DNA from: Gloeothece citriformis PCC 7424
Lineage (GTDB): Bacteria > Cyanobacteriota > Cyanobacteriia > Cyanobacteriales > Microcystaceae
Assembly (NCBI RefSeq): GCF_000021825.1
Contig: NC_011729.1
Coordinates: forward strand, 1,698,919 to 1,762,918
Direction of reading: 5' to 3'
Length of the DNA stretch: 64,000 bases
Numbering within the stretch: the first letter of the stretch is position 1; every line of letters starts with the position of its first letter. The translations under genes were made by a program, and so were the position numbers. The notes beneath the pieces are model-generated. The model was not told the DNA's origin, made no database searches, and worked only from the letters and a program-made list of their open reading frames with translations. Positions 40,236 through 50,986 of the stretch are shown here, one piece after another.

Positions 40236-41729
40236 TTAAATGTTAAACTGACAAGAACGACGCTCATTTTCGATGTCCGGTTCTTGCCAAGAAAAAGAAA
40301 AATGACTAATAGAATTAATTTGAGGGGCAGCCGAGCGAATGGCTCTCATTTGCTCCTCTAAAGAGGGGCGTTTGTCATAATCTCGCCCCCATAACCCCGC
40401 CAGTGCAGGAATAATTTTAACTTGTTGGGGGGCCATCCCCGTGACTCGTTTAACCTGTTGAACAATACAGCTAGGATTTCCACAAATCCCATAAGACATG
40501 GGATGCCATTCTATTGAGGGGGGAAATTTATCCCAAGGTTGTAAGCGAGAATCAAAACCGGTTTCTCCGACAATTTGATTCCCATCGGGGAAAAATACCG
40601 CTCCGGCTACTAATCCTCGACGTTGTACCGGGGTAGTCGCCATTGTTAAAAAATTAACTACCCCTTGGGCAGCATGAGCAACGGCAAGATACCATAATTC
40701 ATATCTCAACCGTTCAAAGCGAGCGCTAGCGGTAGATTGCATTTCGTTAGGGGGAGGGGTGCGCCCTTGCCAAAGAGGAGAACCTTCTTCAGGATAAAGG
40801 TTATCAACGGCTACGATATCATTAGCGGTAATATACCCTTGAGTCACATAACGCTCAATTAACGCCCGTCCTTTATTATTTAATGCCCGATCATATAAAG
40901 CTTGTCGAGAGGCACTGCCATAAATCCATAAATCTTTTACTTGTCCGGCGGCGGATTTTGCTCCTGTCCCTCTGGGATAGCGTACATAATCAAATAATAC
41001 TCCGTCCGGTTGTCGTTTTAGGATAGCATTAACTAATTGAGCATAGTCTCGTTGGGCTTGGGGATGATAAGGGTCAATAAATCCTTGTGATTGATCGTGA
41101 ACATAAGATACACTGGTTTGTCCTGTTCCATTGCGGGCTAGTACATCCTGACGGTCTGGACGTTGAGAATAGACATAACCAAAATTGAGGGTAAATAGCC
41201 AAGCATAGATTTTTAATCCCCTTTCCCGTCCCTTTTTAATCGTTTCTGCTAATAAATCTACATTTTCAGCCCCAGGAGTTCTGACAACGGTATCCCATTC
41301 CGTCGGATTATCATTCGGAGGGAGCAACACTTGACTATCATAAAACACTTCAAGATAAACAGTATTGTAACCTTTATTAACAATCCGGTCTAAAACAGCA
41401 TCGATCGAACCCGGACGAACATCACAGGGATATAATCGTAGCCAGATAGCCTGTTCTTGTGGCCAGGTTTGGTTGCGACAGCGCTGTAATAATTCTGCGT
41501 GTTTTCTCACCAGTGCGTCATAGTCTTTTTCCGCTTCTACATTCCCTTTTAAGGCTGTTTGCAGCAAATTTTCTTTAGTTGAGGCTTCTTGGGGGGTTAA
41601 CTGGCAGTAGGCGTTAATGGCGGCTTGGCTAGGTTGAGGATACCAACATTGTCCCATGAAGCTACTACCGGTCAGCAGTCCGGCGATGAGACTGCGCCTA
41701 ACTCGATGACTTAAGGCTGTCTTGTTCAC
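40236..41729 (-). CDS. Glycoside hydrolase family-10-like (GHL10/DUF187) secreted protein
   Basis: Signal peptide. GYNTVYLEVFYDSQVLLPP…GLKIYAWL is a TIM-barrel GHL10 pattern. Confidence 0.6.
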   Translation of the reverse strand: MNKTALSHRVRRSLIAGLLTGSSFMGQCWYPQPSQAAINAYCQLTPQEASTKENLLQTALKGNVEAEKDYDALVRKHAELLQRCRNQTWPQEQAIWLRLYPCDVRPGSIDAVLDRIVNKGYNTVYLEVFYDSQVLLPPNDNPTEWDTVVRTPGAENVDLLAETIKKGRERGLKIYAWLFTLNFGYVYSQRPDRQDVLARNGTGQTSVSYVHDQSQGFIDPYHPQAQRDYAQLVNAILKRQPDGVLFDYVRYPRGTGAKSAAGQVKDLWIYGSASRQALYDRALNNKGRALIERYVTQGYITANDIVAVDNLYPEEGSPLWQGRTPPPNEMQSTASARFERLRYELWYLAVAHAAQGVVNFLTMATTPVQRRGLVAGAVFFPDGNQIVGETGFDSRLQPWDKFPPSIEWHPMSYGICGNPSCIVQQVKRVTGMAPQQVKIIPALAGLWGRDYDKRPSLEEQMRAIRSAAPQINSISHFSFSWQEPDIENERRSCQFNI

Positions 41730-42000
41730 GTTTCTCTCAAAGGGGAATCTAAAACGGCTATGCTTTCAACGATAATAACTTTTTTTTTATCTATTTTGCG
41801 GAATATATCATAGCTCATCTTGATTTGACAAGAATAATCTATCTTAAGATTTAAATAAAAATCTTTCTCAAGGATTAAATACTTTCTTTCTAATGAGGTA
41901 AGTCTTTCTTGCCCTGATTAATTAAGCTCTACTTAAACTTTAGGGTTAACGGCTTACTGTCCCTCAAAATTCGGCGATTTGGGTCATTTTAATCCCACAA

Positions 42001-42080
42001 ATTTTAGTTAAGATGGTGCGTTAAGAACGCAGCAGACAGAAAGGTTTTAGGTTAAGATGATGCTTGAGGAACGCAGCCGA
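42001..42080. repeat. Tandem degenerate hairpin repeat related to family 1
   Basis: gttaagatggtgcgttaagaacgcagcagac / gttaagatgatgcttgaggaacgcagccg. Confidence 0.4.
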
Positions 42081-43719
42081 AAAAATTATGAAATATGTAA
42101 AAAATTTGTGGTATAAAAACGCTATTATTTATTCTCTTGATGTAGAAACGTTTAAGGATTCTAATGGGGATGGAATAGGAGATTTTCCCGGTTTAACCAG
42201 TTCTTTGACTTATCTTTCGGGTTTAGGAATTGATTGTCTGTGGTTGTTGCCGTTTTATCCTTCTCCGAATTGTGATGATGGCTATGATATTACGGATTAT
42301 TATAGTGTTGACCCTCGCTTAGGAAGTTTGGGAGATTTTGTTGAGTTTATGCACCGAGCAAGGGAATTAGGAATTAGAGTAATTATAGATTTAGTGGTTA
42401 ATCATACCTCGATTCAGCATCCCTGGTTTCAAGAAGCTCGCTCAGACAAAAATTCTAATTATCGACCCTATTATGTTTGGTCAGAAAATCCCTCAGAATC
42501 TCATCCTGATTTAATCGCTTTTCCGACAGTAGAAGATAGTGTTTGGGAATATGATGAAAAAGCAGAAGCTTACTATCTCCATCACTTTTATAAACATCAG
42601 CCAGATTTAAACATAGGAAATCCGGCAGTACGAGAGGAAATTCTCAAAATTATGGGGTTTTGGTTGGAATTAGGAATAGCTGGTTTTCGCATTGATGCTG
42701 CTCCTTTTTTAATTCAAGGAACTGGATTAGAAAATGTTACCCCCGAAAAGTTACAGGGTTTTCTTCAAGAAATGCGGGAGTTTATGTTATCTCGTCGAAC
42801 AGATGCAATCCTTTTAGCTGAGGCAAATGTTGAGCCAGAAAAAATCCCGCTTTATTTTGGGAAAGGGGAGAGAATGCACCTGTTATTTAATTTTATTCTC
42901 AATCAGTATATGTTTTTGGCGTTGGCTCGGCAAGATAAAACCGTTTTGGAAGAAGGGTTAAAATTGCTGCCGGAAATTCCCTCGACTTGTCAATGGCTTA
43001 ATTTTGTGCGTCATCATGATGAGCTTACCCTTGATTTTCTCAGTGGTTCTCAACAAGAAGAAATTTTTGCCGCCTTTGCTCCCGAAGAAAATATGCAGAT
43101 TTTTGGGCGGGGTGTGCGTCGGCGACTCGCTCCGATGATGAATAACGATCGCCGTCGGATAGAATTAATTTATAGTTTGCTGTTTACGTTACCGGGGACT
43201 CCTTTACTTCGGTATGGTGCAGAGATTGGCATGGGAGACGATTTATGCTTGCATGGACGAACTAGCGTAAGAACAGCAATGCAATGGACAGATGAGTTTA
43301 ATGGGGGTTTTTCAACGGCTAACCCTGACGAGCTTACTCGACCAATTATATCAGACGATGAGTATGGATATAAAAAGGTTAACGTAGCTTTTCAAGAAAG
43401 AGATCCTTCTTCTTTACTCAACTGGTTTGAGCATTTGATTCGTACCCGTCAGCAATGTCCGGAATTTGGGCGAGGAACTTGGGAAATTTTAGAAACGGGT
43501 AAATCTTGCACCTTTGCTCATTGTTGTCATTGGGAAGGGGCAACGGTTCTTGCTATTCATAATTTTAGCGATCGCCCTTGTCATGTTAATATCCCTCTAT
43601 GTAAAGGTAAGCATTTATGGGATTTATTTGGGGATCATCAATATGAACCTTCTGATCATTCGGGAGAACTTTGTGTCAATGGTTATGGGTATCGCTGGTT
43701 TCGAGTGGATGAGAGATAA
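42064..43719 (+). CDS. GH13 alpha-amylase-family enzyme (trehalose synthase / alpha-glucosidase / amylosucrase-like)
   Basis: GH13 regions DGYDITDYYSVDP, GIRVIIDLVVNHTS, GFRIDAA and the catalytic EA…/HDEL region. Confidence 0.85.
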   Translation: MRNAAEKIMKYVKNLWYKNAIIYSLDVETFKDSNGDGIGDFPGLTSSLTYLSGLGIDCLWLLPFYPSPNCDDGYDITDYYSVDPRLGSLGDFVEFMHRARELGIRVIIDLVVNHTSIQHPWFQEARSDKNSNYRPYYVWSENPSESHPDLIAFPTVEDSVWEYDEKAEAYYLHHFYKHQPDLNIGNPAVREEILKIMGFWLELGIAGFRIDAAPFLIQGTGLENVTPEKLQGFLQEMREFMLSRRTDAILLAEANVEPEKIPLYFGKGERMHLLFNFILNQYMFLALARQDKTVLEEGLKLLPEIPSTCQWLNFVRHHDELTLDFLSGSQQEEIFAAFAPEENMQIFGRGVRRRLAPMMNNDRRRIELIYSLLFTLPGTPLLRYGAEIGMGDDLCLHGRTSVRTAMQWTDEFNGGFSTANPDELTRPIISDDEYGYKKVNVAFQERDPSSLLNWFEHLIRTRQQCPEFGRGTWEILETGKSCTFAHCCHWEGATVLAIHNFSDRPCHVNIPLCKGKHLWDLFGDHQYEPSDHSGELCVNGYGYRWFRVDER

Positions 43720-43729
43720 GACTTCTTGC

Positions 43730-43830
43730 AGAAGTGGGGAAAGGGGAAGGGGAAAATGGGAAAGGCTGAAACTTTTATTAGTTTTTTTCAAAAATTATGA
43801 TTTGTGCCAGAAGTTTAATATTTTCCTTCA
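43730..43830. repeat. G-rich array plus family-7 box, second copy
   Basis: gggaaaggggaaggggaaaatgggaaagg … ttattagtttttttcaaaaattatgatttgtgccagaagtttaat. Confidence 0.65.
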
Positions 43831-44402
43831 TAATATTGACAAGCGGTTAAACCGAGAATTGCCAAGAGCATAGCATCAGAAGAAGCCCCCACAATTGCTC
43901 CTAGTCCGGGTATAATCTCGACAACATTTAACCCTGCTTTTGCGATTCCTCCTCCAAAAGCTAACCCAAAAATCCCTAAAACTTCTCCCCGTCGGCTAGG
44001 ATTATGTAAGTCCATATTATAGGCGGAGGCAATATAATAGACCATTTCTGATTGTAATTTGGTCATCGCGGCCATTTCCAATCCTAAGAAAAAAATAGCT
44101 ATGGGTGGAATAATATTAGTAAATAACCCTATTTTGCCGGCTTCAAAACATCTCTCCAAGACAATTCTATGGGCGATTTGACGGGAGCTTTCTAGAGGAT
44201 ATTTATTTTTTAATTCGTTAACATAGGCTTGAATTTTTTCTTTATCTACTTCTCCTAAAAGAGTTAAAAACCAATCTTGTTTGAGAAATTTACTAACTTG
44301 CTTCAGATAGGGTAAATTGGCTATTGATTCAAGAGTTTGTCCGGTTTTATAGGTAGTATCATCTACAAATTTGTGAGCCTCTTTAAAATCTAAATTAATC
44401 AT
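43815..44402 (-). CDS. EcsC-family protein
   Basis: The glycine-rich C-terminal half (GIFGLAFGGGIAKAGL…IIPGLGAIVGASSD) is typical of EcsC/DUF-type membrane-associated proteins. Confidence 0.45.
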   Translation of the reverse strand: MINLDFKEAHKFVDDTTYKTGQTLESIANLPYLKQVSKFLKQDWFLTLLGEVDKEKIQAYVNELKNKYPLESSRQIAHRIVLERCFEAGKIGLFTNIIPPIAIFFLGLEMAAMTKLQSEMVYYIASAYNMDLHNPSRRGEVLGIFGLAFGGGIAKAGLNVVEIIPGLGAIVGASSDAMLLAILGLTACQYYEGKY

Positions 44403-44591
44403 AATTTAAAAAAAATAGGTCAGTAAAGTTGAGGTAGATTATCGTTTACTCTATTCTCTCATAAAATTGAGATGTATTTCTCTATAATAGGTTACATTTT
44501 TGTATTTTGTTACCTAATCCAGAGAGAGATTATTCTTACCTCGTTTTTTACTGACATCTTTACTCTAACTTATGAGATTTTACCGTTATAT

Positions 44592-45812
44592 CTATAGATT
44601 ACCATAACGATTTTCTGAGACAGTTGGGCGCTGTATGGGAGATGAGAACAACGCTTGTAAAGCAGACTGACGCTGTTTAGGTAACTCTTGAGCAAGTTCC
44701 CATAAACTCTCGTAAAAGAAGAAAGATACCCCAGCAAAGCCCTGTTTACGGGTGGTTTCCACTTGGGTTTTAATTCTATCCATCGGTACATGACGACCTT
44801 TTAATCCGGTTAAAACTCCTATCCCTACAGGTATATTTTCTTTAGCTTCTTGTAATTCGGGTTGGGATAATTCTCGATTAAAAGAGTTATTATCATGACG
44901 ATAAACTTGGATCACTAATTCATCTACAATTCTCTTTTCTTCCCAAGTCTTCCAATCTAATAAAAAGGCTTCTAAAGAGAATTTTTGAGGATTAGGAGAA
45001 ACAGAAACTAAAACTTTAGGATTAGTCTCTTTAATCGTCCGGAATAATTGAGCCATGTAATCGGTAATTTTATCAGCCCGCCATTGAATCCAGGCAGTAT
45101 CTTTAGGATTAGAGGGGGGGAGTTTTCCGCCATGTTCTTGTTGATAAAGATTAACTGTAAAGGGATCATAGCCTAACTCAGAAGGATAGCCAAAATGATC
45201 GTCAAATTGAATTCCATCCACATCATATTTACTGACAATTTCTACCACTAAATCTGTAATAAATTGCTGAACTTCGGGATGTAGAGGATTTAACCAGACT
45301 CGTTGATGGACTTTTCCTTCCCACCAAATTGTCGTTCCATCTTGACGTTGAGTTAACCATTCCGGATGGCGTTTGGCTAATTCGGAGTCTGCGGGAGCCA
45401 TAAACCCAAATTCAAACCAAGGAATTACCGCCATTCCTTTTTTATGTGCTTGTTTAATGGTTTCTTTGAGAATATCTCGTTTTTGTAATCCTTCTGCCGG
45501 ATCAAGTTCAATTCCTATGGTTCGTTTAGCGACTTGAGAAGGATAAAGAGTATAACCCCAATTCCAAACCGTAGGATAAAGAGTATTAAAGTTTAATTGA
45601 CTTAAAGTGTCTATAGCATTAGAGAGATTTTTAGGTTTAAATAAAACATCACTATCAATATTAGTTAACCAAACTCCTCGAAGTTCTGTAGAAGGATTAA
45701 GAGAATAATTGGGAGAAGGAATTAAAAGAGTGCTTATCCATAAAAGTAAGCCAAGAGCAAAGCAAATTATAATTTTAAATTGACGGCTTAAAAATCGACT
45801 CGGTTTAACCAT
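44592..45812 (-). CDS. GHL10/DUF187 glycoside-hydrolase-like lipoprotein
   Basis: Signal/TM N-terminus. RGVWLTN…GMAVIPWFEFGF…DGIQFDDHFGYP is the GHL10 TIM-barrel signature. Confidence 0.6.
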   Translation of the reverse strand: MVKPSRFLSRQFKIIICFALGLLLWISTLLIPSPNYSLNPSTELRGVWLTNIDSDVLFKPKNLSNAIDTLSQLNFNTLYPTVWNWGYTLYPSQVAKRTIGIELDPAEGLQKRDILKETIKQAHKKGMAVIPWFEFGFMAPADSELAKRHPEWLTQRQDGTTIWWEGKVHQRVWLNPLHPEVQQFITDLVVEIVSKYDVDGIQFDDHFGYPSELGYDPFTVNLYQQEHGGKLPPSNPKDTAWIQWRADKITDYMAQLFRTIKETNPKVLVSVSPNPQKFSLEAFLLDWKTWEEKRIVDELVIQVYRHDNNSFNRELSQPELQEAKENIPVGIGVLTGLKGRHVPMDRIKTQVETTRKQGFAGVSFFFYESLWELAQELPKQRQSALQALFSSPIQRPTVSENRYGNL

Positions 45813-45984
45813 AATTTAGGAATACCTAATACAAAGGATAGGGAGATGATCAAGAATGCTAAGGTTAATATTTTATAGTACCAAGTCCGGAAACTCATTA
45901 ACTTGACCATACTTATAACTCTTTAACCGGACTTGATCTTAATTCCCTTTTCCTCCTCGCAGGATGGCATTCAAAGGCTAAACT

Positions 45985-46689
45985 TTATCGAACCATTTGC
46001 CCTGAATTTGTTCCCTGACAATAACCAAGATTAGAGGAACTGACATAACCACTCATGGGTCTTTCGATAGGAACCCAACCATTATATCCTTCGTTAGCGA
46101 TATAAACGTTTTCATTTTCCTGTAACGTTCCTACTATATTTCCTTTGGGAACGGATCTAACCGCTACATTAGGCGCAAGTATCCGACGGCAATTACTCCC
46201 CGGTACAGTGGTAATATTTTCCCCTTCTTCTCTTGGCATGGGTTGCCTCGTTTGCATAGTCTGCATATTTTGAGGCGGCATGGGTTGTCTATTTTCCATA
46301 GGTTGTCTTTGAGTCGGTTGAGTTTGGGGTGAATTAATTGCCTGGGCTTGATCCTGGCTACAATAGTTTAAATAAGTAGCGTAAACATAGCCATCAATAG
46401 GATCATTAATTCTCACCCATCCCTTGTCAGTTTCGCCGATTATAGCCACATTTTCATTATCTCGTAATACTCCAATGACTATGCCGCCGGGTTGCCGTCT
46501 TACATTCAAGTTTGTATTCACATCGACTCTTCGGCAATTATTATCAGTAATTTGTGCTATTCGATAGCTATTACTATTAGGTGAGGATTGAACTTCAGCC
46601 GCATCAACAGTTTTAGGAATAATTGCTGATGCTAAAGAAAATACAACTGTAAATCCTAATAGTTGGAATTTTTGGGTATTATAATTCAT
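45985..46689 (-). CDS. Secreted protein with two bacterial SH3 (SH3b) domains and a Q/P/M-rich linker
   Basis: Signal peptide. Two modules of the form NVR.QPGG.V.G.L…NE.V.I…GWV.I….GYV…. Confidence 0.55.
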   Translation of the reverse strand: MNYNTQKFQLLGFTVVFSLASAIIPKTVDAAEVQSSPNSNSYRIAQITDNNCRRVDVNTNLNVRRQPGGIVIGVLRDNENVAIIGETDKGWVRINDPIDGYVYATYLNYCSQDQAQAINSPQTQPTQRQPMENRQPMPPQNMQTMQTRQPMPREEGENITTVPGSNCRRILAPNVAVRSVPKGNIVGTLQENENVYIANEGYNGWVPIERPMSGYVSSSNLGYCQGTNSGQMVR

Positions 46690-46994
46690 GACTTCAAGTT
46701 TTTTTTATAGAGCTTATCTCACTTTCTATCGTCCTACTAAGGTTAAAATCCTTACATCTATCTCTGGTAAAAGTTCAACTATTCCTAGAGAGATGGGTTA
46801 TAAGTAGTCGTGCTTTCATAAAGAAAGATAGTTGAGGTAGGCAACAGGCACTCCCGCAACAGAGAATAGCATTGGATGTGCAATTAATGAAAGCTTAGGT
46901 ACTTACCATTTTGCCTAATGTCTGAAGAAAGATAATACCAATTCTGAAAAATCAAACTAAGTAATTAGGCATAATTAAGTGTAAAATAGACGGG

Positions 46995-47022
46995 TTTCGT
47001 AGTAGGGCTTTAGCCCTCCCTA
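46995..47022. repeat. Repeat family 3 copy
   Basis: ttcgtagtagggctttagccctccctag. Confidence 0.6.
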
Positions 47023-47200
47023 GCCAAGGGTTAGCACAATTTTTATAGCAGGAGGCTTTTATGCAGAGGGCAGAGGGCAGGAGGTGAAAAGCTGGCTACT
47101 ATTGAATTTGATAATTTAAAAATGTCCGTTCCCTTTGCTTCGACTGCTATAATTATTTTTCTATTGTTCATTTATTTATGCCCACCTACTTATAGTTTTT

Positions 47201-47226
47201 GATGCGTCGGGGACGCATCCTACAAT
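47201..47226. repeat. Palindromic repeat family 1 copy
   Basis: gatgcgtcggggacgcatcctacaat. Confidence 0.7.
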
Positions 47227-47240
47227 TTGAGCGATTTATA

Positions 47241-47273
47241 ACTAATGACTAATGACTAATGACTAATAACTAA
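47241..47273. repeat. Heptamer array (ACTAATG)n overlapping the nnr stop codon
   Basis: actaatgactaatgactaatgactaataactaa. Confidence 0.7.
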
Positions 47274-48808
47274 AAAACCTTCCATAAATATTGAGATAAA
47301 GTAAAAGCATCTACTCCTAACTCTGTTCGTTCTTGGGCAGCTAAAATACCAGCTTGACTATGCCACCATGCCGCCGTTGCTACCGTTCTTTCCATCGCTT
47401 GTTCTGAGGTCATTTGTTGCGCTATTAACCCCCCAATTAACCCGGTTAAAACGTCCCCACTGCCTCCCCTGGCTAAAGCCGGGGTACTTTCAGGAACTAA
47501 CCAGACGCAACCATTAGGGGCAGCGATCGCCGTTCTTGCTCCTTTTAATAATACAATTGAGCCACTTTGTTGAGCGGCTTCTTGAACCGCTTTAAGGCGA
47601 TCTTGATGAGGATTTTCAATATTAGGAAATAATCGTTTAAATTCGCCGATATGAGGGGTTAATATCGTAGGGGCAGGACGTTTTAATAAAGAGGAAATGG
47701 GATCAATTTGAGCCAAATTATTTAACCCATCGGCATCTAATACTAGGGGACATTTTGCCTCTAATACGGTTTCTACGATCGATTTTGCCTCTGAGGTTAA
47801 ACCGGGGCCACAGGCAATCACACTATAGTTATCAAACTCGGAAGCGAGGGGAGGTAATTCGGCGATCGCACCGCTTGGGGTTTCCGGACAATCAATGATC
47901 AAGGCATCGGGTAAATGGTTCACCAGCATCGATTTTAAGGACTTAGGAACAGCGATCGAGAGCATTCCTACCCCGCTCCCCCTGGCCCCCAAACCGGTTA
48001 AAATAGCCCCACCAGCGTAGCGATAAGACCCACAAATGACTAAGAGATGGCCTTCTTTGTATTTATGAGTTAGAAGAGGACGAGGTAACGGCAGAAACCG
48101 TTGTGCTAGAGTTCGAGTCATTTTTTGAATCGGTGGGGGTTGACCTAAAACGGCCCAAGCATCTTTTAACGGGACACCAAAATCAATCCGTTCCACAGAC
48201 CCCAAATATTCTAAAGCTTGATCTTGAAAATAGGCAAATTTCCACAATCCTAGACATAAACTATGAGTGGCCTTAACCGCAATGCCTAACACTTCTCCGG
48301 TATCGGTATGAAGTCCAGAGGGAATATCAATACTGATCACCGGTTGACCCCATTGATTGAGTAAGTCTATATCTTCGGCAATGCTTCCGTCGAGAGGACG
48401 GGTTAACCCAAACCCAAATAACCCATCAATAAATAACTCACATTTATATAATTGTTCTAAATTTTCATAAAAAGGAATGCCTAAATTTTGGGCATATTGG
48501 CAGTGTTGGGCGGTTAAACTTTTTAATTTAGGAAAAGGACAATATAAATTAACTTGATATCCCTGTAAATGTAACTCTCTGGCAATCACGAGGGCATCTC
48601 CTCCATTATGACCCGGCCCCACTAAAACCCCAATTTTAGAAATTTGAGATAGGGGATAAAGGGATTGAATTCGGTTCGCACAGAGGATGGCAGCTTTTTC
48701 CATCAAGGCAGCGACAGGCATTGAATCAGCAAAAATCCGTTCTTCAATAGAGCGCATTTGTTCCCCATTGACAACGATCGATTCAAGGTGTTCTCGTTCT
48801 TTAACCAT
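47270..48808 (-). CDS. nnr: Bifunctional NAD(P)H-hydrate epimerase / ADP-dependent dehydratase
   Basis: YjeF-N (GPGHNGGDALV) and YjeF-C (carbohydrate-kinase-like, GSGDVLTG) domains. Confidence 0.9.
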   Translation of the reverse strand: MVKEREHLESIVVNGEQMRSIEERIFADSMPVAALMEKAAILCANRIQSLYPLSQISKIGVLVGPGHNGGDALVIARELHLQGYQVNLYCPFPKLKSLTAQHCQYAQNLGIPFYENLEQLYKCELFIDGLFGFGLTRPLDGSIAEDIDLLNQWGQPVISIDIPSGLHTDTGEVLGIAVKATHSLCLGLWKFAYFQDQALEYLGSVERIDFGVPLKDAWAVLGQPPPIQKMTRTLAQRFLPLPRPLLTHKYKEGHLLVICGSYRYAGGAILTGLGARGSGVGMLSIAVPKSLKSMLVNHLPDALIIDCPETPSGAIAELPPLASEFDNYSVIACGPGLTSEAKSIVETVLEAKCPLVLDADGLNNLAQIDPISSLLKRPAPTILTPHIGEFKRLFPNIENPHQDRLKAVQEAAQQSGSIVLLKGARTAIAAPNGCVWLVPESTPALARGGSGDVLTGLIGGLIAQQMTSEQAMERTVATAAWWHSQAGILAAQERTELGVDAFTLSQYLWKVF

Positions 48809-48830
48809 CTTACAAATAACCTTTAGATAT

Positions 48831-48863
48831 TAGTCATTAGTCGTTAGTCATGAGTCATTAGTG
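48831..48863. repeat. Heptamer array (TAGTCAT)n in the nnr 5' leader
   Basis: tagtcattagtcgttagtcatgagtcattagtg. Confidence 0.7.
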
Positions 48864-48949
48864 AAGAGTATGGGTTTTACGGTTTACTAAGGACTGTTGA
48901 CTATTGACTAATAACTAATTAATTCAAGTGAAATTGATCTGATTGATGC

Positions 48950-50155
48950 TTATGCTTCATCTAAAGCAGCAATGCCGGGTAAAACTTTCCCTTCTAGTAA
49001 TTCTAGACTAGCACCGCCACCGGTAGAAATATGACTCATTTTGTCAGCTACTCCTACTTTTTCCACTGCCGCCACCGAGTCACCACCACCAATGATAGTC
49101 GTTGCTCCCTTGCCGGTTAGAGTTTCTAGGGTATAGGCGATCGCTTCAGTTCCCTTAGCAAACTTATCGAATTCAAATACACCCATCGGGCCATTCCAAA
49201 TCACAGACTTACAATCAGCCAAAGCATCTTGAAATAGTTTAACCGAATCAGGGCCGATATCTAAACCCATCCAACCATCGGGAATTTCTTCAATTTTGAC
49301 GGTTTTATCATTGGCATTGGCATCAAAAGCGTCAGCAACTACCACATCAGTAGGAAGAAGCAATTGAACCCCTTTTTCAGAGGCTTTAGCTTCTAAAGAT
49401 TTCGCTAACTCTAGCTTATCTTCTTCGACCAAAGACTTACCGACACTTAAGCCACGTGCTTTGTAGAAGGTAAAAATCATCCCACCGCCGATCAATAGCT
49501 TATCGCATTTTTCTAGTAGAGTTTCAATGACTCCAATTTTACTAGATACTTTAGAACCGCCAATAATGGCCGCTAAAGGACGTTGAGGATTTTCGATCGC
49601 TGATTGTAGATAATTGAGTTCTTTTTCAATCAAATAACCAGCGACACTGGGGCTAAGATAGTGTGTTACCCCTTCAGTAGACGCATGGGCGCGGTGAGCC
49701 GTTCCAAAAGCGTCATTAACGTATAAGTCCGCATTAGCCGCCAATTGTTTAGAAAATTCCGGATCATTGCCTTCTTCTTCAGCATGGAAGCGAAGATTTT
49801 CTAAAAGGGCAACTTGACCATTTTCGAGTTTATTGACGGCTTCAGTTACAGAAGCCCCTACACAGTCGTCACACATGACCACATCTTGTCCGAGTAATTC
49901 AGAGAGACGTTTAGCGGTAGGGGTTAAGCGCATACTCTCAACCACTTTCCCTTTAGGACGACCAAAATGGCTACAGAGAATTACTTTAGCCCCTTTACTG
50001 ATCAAATCCTGAATGGTTGGCAGTGCCGCACGAATTCGAGTATCGTCAGTAATATTACCGGCATCATCTAAAGGAACATTAAAATCAACTCGGACTAAAA
50101 CTCGTTTGCCTTCTACATCAGCGCGAGATAAATTTGCGATCGTTTTTTTGGGCAC
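48950..50155 (-). CDS. pgk: Phosphoglycerate kinase
   Basis: RVDFNVP…, GGGDS…, and full-length PGK. Confidence 0.97.
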   Translation of the reverse strand: MPKKTIANLSRADVEGKRVLVRVDFNVPLDDAGNITDDTRIRAALPTIQDLISKGAKVILCSHFGRPKGKVVESMRLTPTAKRLSELLGQDVVMCDDCVGASVTEAVNKLENGQVALLENLRFHAEEEGNDPEFSKQLAANADLYVNDAFGTAHRAHASTEGVTHYLSPSVAGYLIEKELNYLQSAIENPQRPLAAIIGGSKVSSKIGVIETLLEKCDKLLIGGGMIFTFYKARGLSVGKSLVEEDKLELAKSLEAKASEKGVQLLLPTDVVVADAFDANANDKTVKIEEIPDGWMGLDIGPDSVKLFQDALADCKSVIWNGPMGVFEFDKFAKGTEAIAYTLETLTGKGATTIIGGGDSVAAVEKVGVADKMSHISTGGGASLELLEGKVLPGIAALDEA

Positions 50156-50324
50156 AGCCTGATGACCTCCTAATTGCTTAATTGTCTTACAAAAGATTAA
50201 ATCAGCGTAGGGTCACTTAAGACAATGGTTATTTCCGAGAGAAAATGAAAAAAGTGCTAGCATCAAACCTTGTAACGGTGAGTTGATTTTAGCGAAATCG
50301 GTGTCCTATAAGGGATAGAAACTT

Positions 50325-50738
50325 ATGTTTAAGACCGTTTTGTTTCCTATTGATCAAAGTCGAGAAACTCGTGAAGCAGCCGATACGGTTGCCAATATCG
50401 TCAAAACTTACAACAGTCGTCTCGTGTTGCTGTCGGTGGTAGAAAAAACTGCCACAGGAGAAAAACCGGCGGATGCGGGAGTTATGGGTTCAGAAGAACA
50501 AGTAGCTAAACTGCTACAAGGGGCCCAAACACTTTTTGCCCAACAAGGCATTGAAGCAGAAAGTATTGAAAGAGAAGGTCTTCCCTCTTTTACTATCTGT
50601 GATGTAGCTGATGAAATCAATGCGGATTTGATTATTATGGGCTGTCGAGGCTTAGGATTAACTGATGAAGGCGCAGAGGAAAGCGTTACCTCTCGCGTGA
50701 TTAATTTATCTCCTTGTCCGGTCTTGATTGTGCCTTAA
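50325..50738 (+). CDS. Universal stress protein (UspA family)
   Basis: ~140 aa with a G..G…G(S/T) ATP-binding C-terminal motif (IIMGCRGLGLTDEG…SVTSRV). Confidence 0.8.
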   Translation: MFKTVLFPIDQSRETREAADTVANIVKTYNSRLVLLSVVEKTATGEKPADAGVMGSEEQVAKLLQGAQTLFAQQGIEAESIEREGLPSFTICDVADEINADLIIMGCRGLGLTDEGAEESVTSRVINLSPCPVLIVP

Positions 50739-50740
50739 TT

Positions 50741-50792
50741 GAGTCATGGGTCATGGGTCATGGGTCATTAGTCATTGGTCATTAGTAAGTCG
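50741..50792. repeat. Heptamer array (GTCATGG / GTCATTA)n
   Basis: gagtcatgggtcatgggtcatgggtcattagtcattggtcattagtaagtcg. Confidence 0.7.
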
Positions 50793-50867
50793 TTAGGTAT
50801 TAATCCTTGTTCGAGAAGGATTATTAATAATTAGTCGCTGATTAGTTATGAAAATCTAATAAAATAG

Positions 50868-50986
50868 TGACTAATGACTAATGTACAGACGTTGTATGCA
50901 ACGTCTCTACGACTGCTGACTAATGTACAGACGTTGTATGCAACGTCTCTACGACTACTGACTAATGACTACTGACTAATGACTAA
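50868..50986. repeat. Composite: TGACTAA heptamers flanking two copies of the family-5 palindrome, running into the ylqF start codon
   Basis: tgactaatgactaatgTACAGACGTTGTATGCAACGTCTCTACgactgctgactaatgTACAGACGTTGTATGCAACGTCTCTACgactactgactaatgactactgactaatgactaattc. Confidence 0.75.

Noticed and set aside
43514-43873. 119-aa ORF overlapping the GH13 C-terminus and the downstream repeat region
   Set aside because: It spans the G-rich array and conserved box repeat. It has hydrophobic low-complexity composition and a frame alternative to a strong GH13 gene.
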